Shown here: one piece after another, positions 61,686 to 64,000 of the stretch
Layout: every line of letters begins with the position of its first letter
Numbering within the stretch: position 1 is the first letter of the stretch
Notes under the pieces: model-generated
Told to the model about the DNA's origin: nothing
The model's input: the letters and a program-made list of their open reading frames with translations, nothing else
The model's database searches: none
Program-made: the position numbers and the translations under genes
Assembly: GCA_963766075.1 (NCBI GenBank)
Contig: CAVYAN010000061.1
Coordinates: 32,001-96,000 of the forward strand
DNA: 64,000 bases
Direction of reading: 5' to 3'
Source of the DNA: an uncultured cyanobacterium
Lineage (GTDB): Bacteria > Cyanobacteriota > Cyanobacteriia > Leptolyngbyales > Leptolyngbyaceae

Positions 61686-63476
61686 ATGACTCTAAAATTT
61701 CCGCAATCCCTTGAGGCGCTGGCTGCCAGCCCGTCTAGCTTCCAAGCCGCTTGTTTCAAAGTGGGCTGTGTCCTGGCGCTGTTGGCCACCCTGGGCCTGT
61801 CGCTGGTGGGAAACCACGGCTTATCGTGGGATGAACCGGCGGGTATTTCTACCGTGAAGTGGAATTATGACTATGTGAGGCATCACAAGCCCATGCCCTA
61901 TGAAGTTCTGAAATATAACGGGACGCTGTTTAATTTTGGTGCAGAGGCCCTCTATCAGATTAGCCGACTCGTGAAAGATCCCTCTGCGGCCCAGGCCGGT
62001 CTGGAGGAAAATTTACAGGTATCTGGTGCCACTCCAGCCGAATCGGCGGATCGCTATGAGCGCCGTAAAGATGAAGAAACGCGCGATCGCATCGCCATCA
62101 AACATCCCCTCACTTTCTTAACTTCGCTGCTAGCCTACGGCGCTGTCGCTGGAATTGTACGCATCTGGTGGGGTGGCCAATTCGCATGGCTAGGCGTCGT
62201 GGTTCTGGCGCTGTTTCCCCGGTTCTGGGGCCATAGTTTTTTCAACCATAAGGATATTCCCTTTGCCGCCGTTTTTGCTGTGAGTATTCTGGCGGGGATT
62301 TATCTAGTGGCGCACTATCTGGAGCTGGAGGAGCCGGAAGAAAATCTTGATCCATCTCGCTCCGGCCCCGTTGCCATTGGGCCGATCACGCTGGATCGCC
62401 GTTTTGTCTATGCGATGTTGTATGGCATCCTGGCTGGGATTTTAACTGGCATTCGATTTGGCGGTTTCATGATCCTGCCGATCACTTACCTGGGGGCGAT
62501 CGTCGTTCGTCTTGGGATGCCCAGAGCGGGATTAGCAAAAAGTCTGCTGCGGGTGACGGGGTATCACGCGGTGACAGCAATAGTTTGCCTGGGCGTAACC
62601 CTGTTGGCCTATCCGGCCTCGTGGTTGGCCCCCCTGCAATGGCTGTGGAACGCTAAGGCCACGATGACCAATTATCCCTGGGAAGGCTTGGTGCTGTTTA
62701 ATGGCAGTCTGTATCCCAATGGGACTAGTGCCTTGGTACTACATTCCCCTGTGGTTTTTATCTCCGTACCCGTGATTTTGCAAGTGTTGTTTGGCCTAGG
62801 GGTGGGGGTACTGGTAAAGCGTTATGCCCAATTTTCGCGCTTACAAAAAGTCGGCACGGTTCTGGTACTGCTCCAGGTCTTTTTGTTGCCGCTAGGGGCG
62901 ATCGCCCAGCGGTCCCCGATCTACAACGAAATTCGGCATTTTTCCTTCATCACTCCGGGAGTGGCCGCCATTGCGACGGGGGCGTTGATGTGGATTTATC
63001 AACTGCTGCGGCACCGGGGGTGGCGACTGGGGGTGATCACCTGTAGCCTCATCCTCAGCAGCCAAATTGTCTGGGATATGGTGCAGCTCCATCCCTATGA
63101 ATATATTTACTTTAATCGCCTGTCCCGATCTATCGCTAACGCTCCAGCAGCCTACGAAACGGACTATTGGGGCCTGAGCGCCCGGGCCGCCATGGAGTGG
63201 GTTAACGAAAATGGCCAACCCCATCTACCCGTGCTGGTGGGGGTCAACACCCGGTCTGCCAGCATTTATGCGAGCCCCGATCGCCCCTATCTGCCCTTTT
63301 CTCCCGCCTCTCTGGCAACACTGAAGTCGCAGCCGTTTTACTATCTTGCCGCCCCGGTCGTTAGCTATCGCTACCCCGACTTTTTCAAAAGCTGCCCGCT
63401 GGTCCATCAAATCCAACGCCAAGATTTGCAGCTTACCCTCGTGCGGCAATGCCCCGCCAATGCCACCGCCGAATAG
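61686..63476 (+). CDS. GT-C (ArnT/PMT-like) membrane glycosyltransferase
   Basis: GLSWDE, PRFWGHSFFNHKDIPFA, HPYEYIYFN, ETDYWG; many TM helices. Confidence 0.8.
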   Translation: MTLKFPQSLEALAASPSSFQAACFKVGCVLALLATLGLSLVGNHGLSWDEPAGISTVKWNYDYVRHHKPMPYEVLKYNGTLFNFGAEALYQISRLVKDPSAAQAGLEENLQVSGATPAESADRYERRKDEETRDRIAIKHPLTFLTSLLAYGAVAGIVRIWWGGQFAWLGVVVLALFPRFWGHSFFNHKDIPFAAVFAVSILAGIYLVAHYLELEEPEENLDPSRSGPVAIGPITLDRRFVYAMLYGILAGILTGIRFGGFMILPITYLGAIVVRLGMPRAGLAKSLLRVTGYHAVTAIVCLGVTLLAYPASWLAPLQWLWNAKATMTNYPWEGLVLFNGSLYPNGTSALVLHSPVVFISVPVILQVLFGLGVGVLVKRYAQFSRLQKVGTVLVLLQVFLLPLGAIAQRSPIYNEIRHFSFITPGVAAIATGALMWIYQLLRHRGWRLGVITCSLILSSQIVWDMVQLHPYEYIYFNRLSRSIANAPAAYETDYWGLSARAAMEWVNENGQPHLPVLVGVNTRSASIYASPDRPYLPFSPASLATLKSQPFYYLAAPVVSYRYPDFFKSCPLVHQIQRQDLQLTLVRQCPANATAE

Positions 63477-63548
63477 TCACACCCCGCCGAATAGTCACGA
63501 CCACAGAGCCTGAGAAGCCCGCTGGGTCTAGATTTGACTGGGCATGCC

Positions 63549-64000
63549 CTAGGGCATCGGGCGGGGGGTGTACCAAGGACTAAGAAATACCCCCCGGTAG
63601 TATTCAAACCAGCAGGCCGGTGCTAATTGGGTGGCGATCGCCTGCCGATGCTTGAGATAAAAGATTGTTAAACGCAGGGTGCTGACCCCCAGGTAAAACG
63701 GCAGCAGGACCGGCATAAACGGGCGCTGCCAAGGGGCCAGTTTGGCAATCCGACAGGCATGGGCGGATAACCCTGCACTTTGGGCCAGTCGGGTCAAATG
63801 TTCCCGTTCAAAGCGTCCAGGGGCAATGTGATGCCATCCTTCCAATTCGGGGTGATGCCATACCTGCCAGCGGCTGCTTTGAATGTAGATGACAATTTCT
63901 ATATCCTCGGCATTGGACACCACAATGCCCCGAATGGTTTGCTTGCCCCGCAAGCGTCGGTGGAGCGGCACAGCCTCTTGCCATGCCTGTTTACGCACCA
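63549..64000 (-). CDS. Glycosyltransferase family 2 (HpsE-like), 3' part only
   Basis: RKQAW, AEDIE..IQ..WQVWHHP...HHI..GRFEREHL; runs off the window edge. Confidence 0.65.
   Translation of the reverse strand, partial: VRKQAWQEAVPLHRRLRGKQTIRGIVVSNAEDIEIVIYIQSSRWQVWHHPELEGWHHIAPGRFEREHLTRLAQSAGLSAHACRIAKLAPWQRPFMPVLLPFYLGVSTLRLTIFYLKHRQAIATQLAPACWFEYYRGVFLSPWYTPRPMP

Overview
Chromosomal window from a filamentous cyanobacterium: dense HIP1 GCGATCGC sites, hetR, psbA/psbU/psbI and a beta-carboxysome operon. A Leptolyngbya-like, probably non-heterocystous host is an inference. Core content: hetR with an RGSGR-peptide gene (patX-like) just upstream, dacB, pdhC, aas, psbA, the NDH-1(4) CO2-uptake genes ndhF4-ndhD4-cupB divergent from ccmK2-K1-L-M-N (no ccmO), ferredoxin, uppP, an FHA-adenylate cyclase, psbU-nadB, gmd-fcl, cpcS, psbI (missed by the ORF track), an LptD-like DUF3769 gene and glycosyltransferases. 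The best candidates for poorly described systems are two. (i) A membrane-associated polyamine cluster: DUF350, a membrane protein, a small RGGGPGTGK-tailed protein, a membrane aminopropyltransferase with an 81-aa AT-rich insertion, DUF4178 and SAM decarboxylase. (ii) A three-gene chaperone-usher-like pilus locus next to a decayed VWD-type gene. Also notable are a helically phased DnaA-box-like array, a loxP/dif-like palindrome, a CcmM lacking carbonic anhydrase residues and a cyclase with Asp->Asn at a metal site. Several genes carry 1-nt indels or an in-frame stop (psbA, ndhD4, TAXI and others), which look like assembly errors rather than true pseudogenes. All family calls come from recognising motifs by eye; no searches were run.
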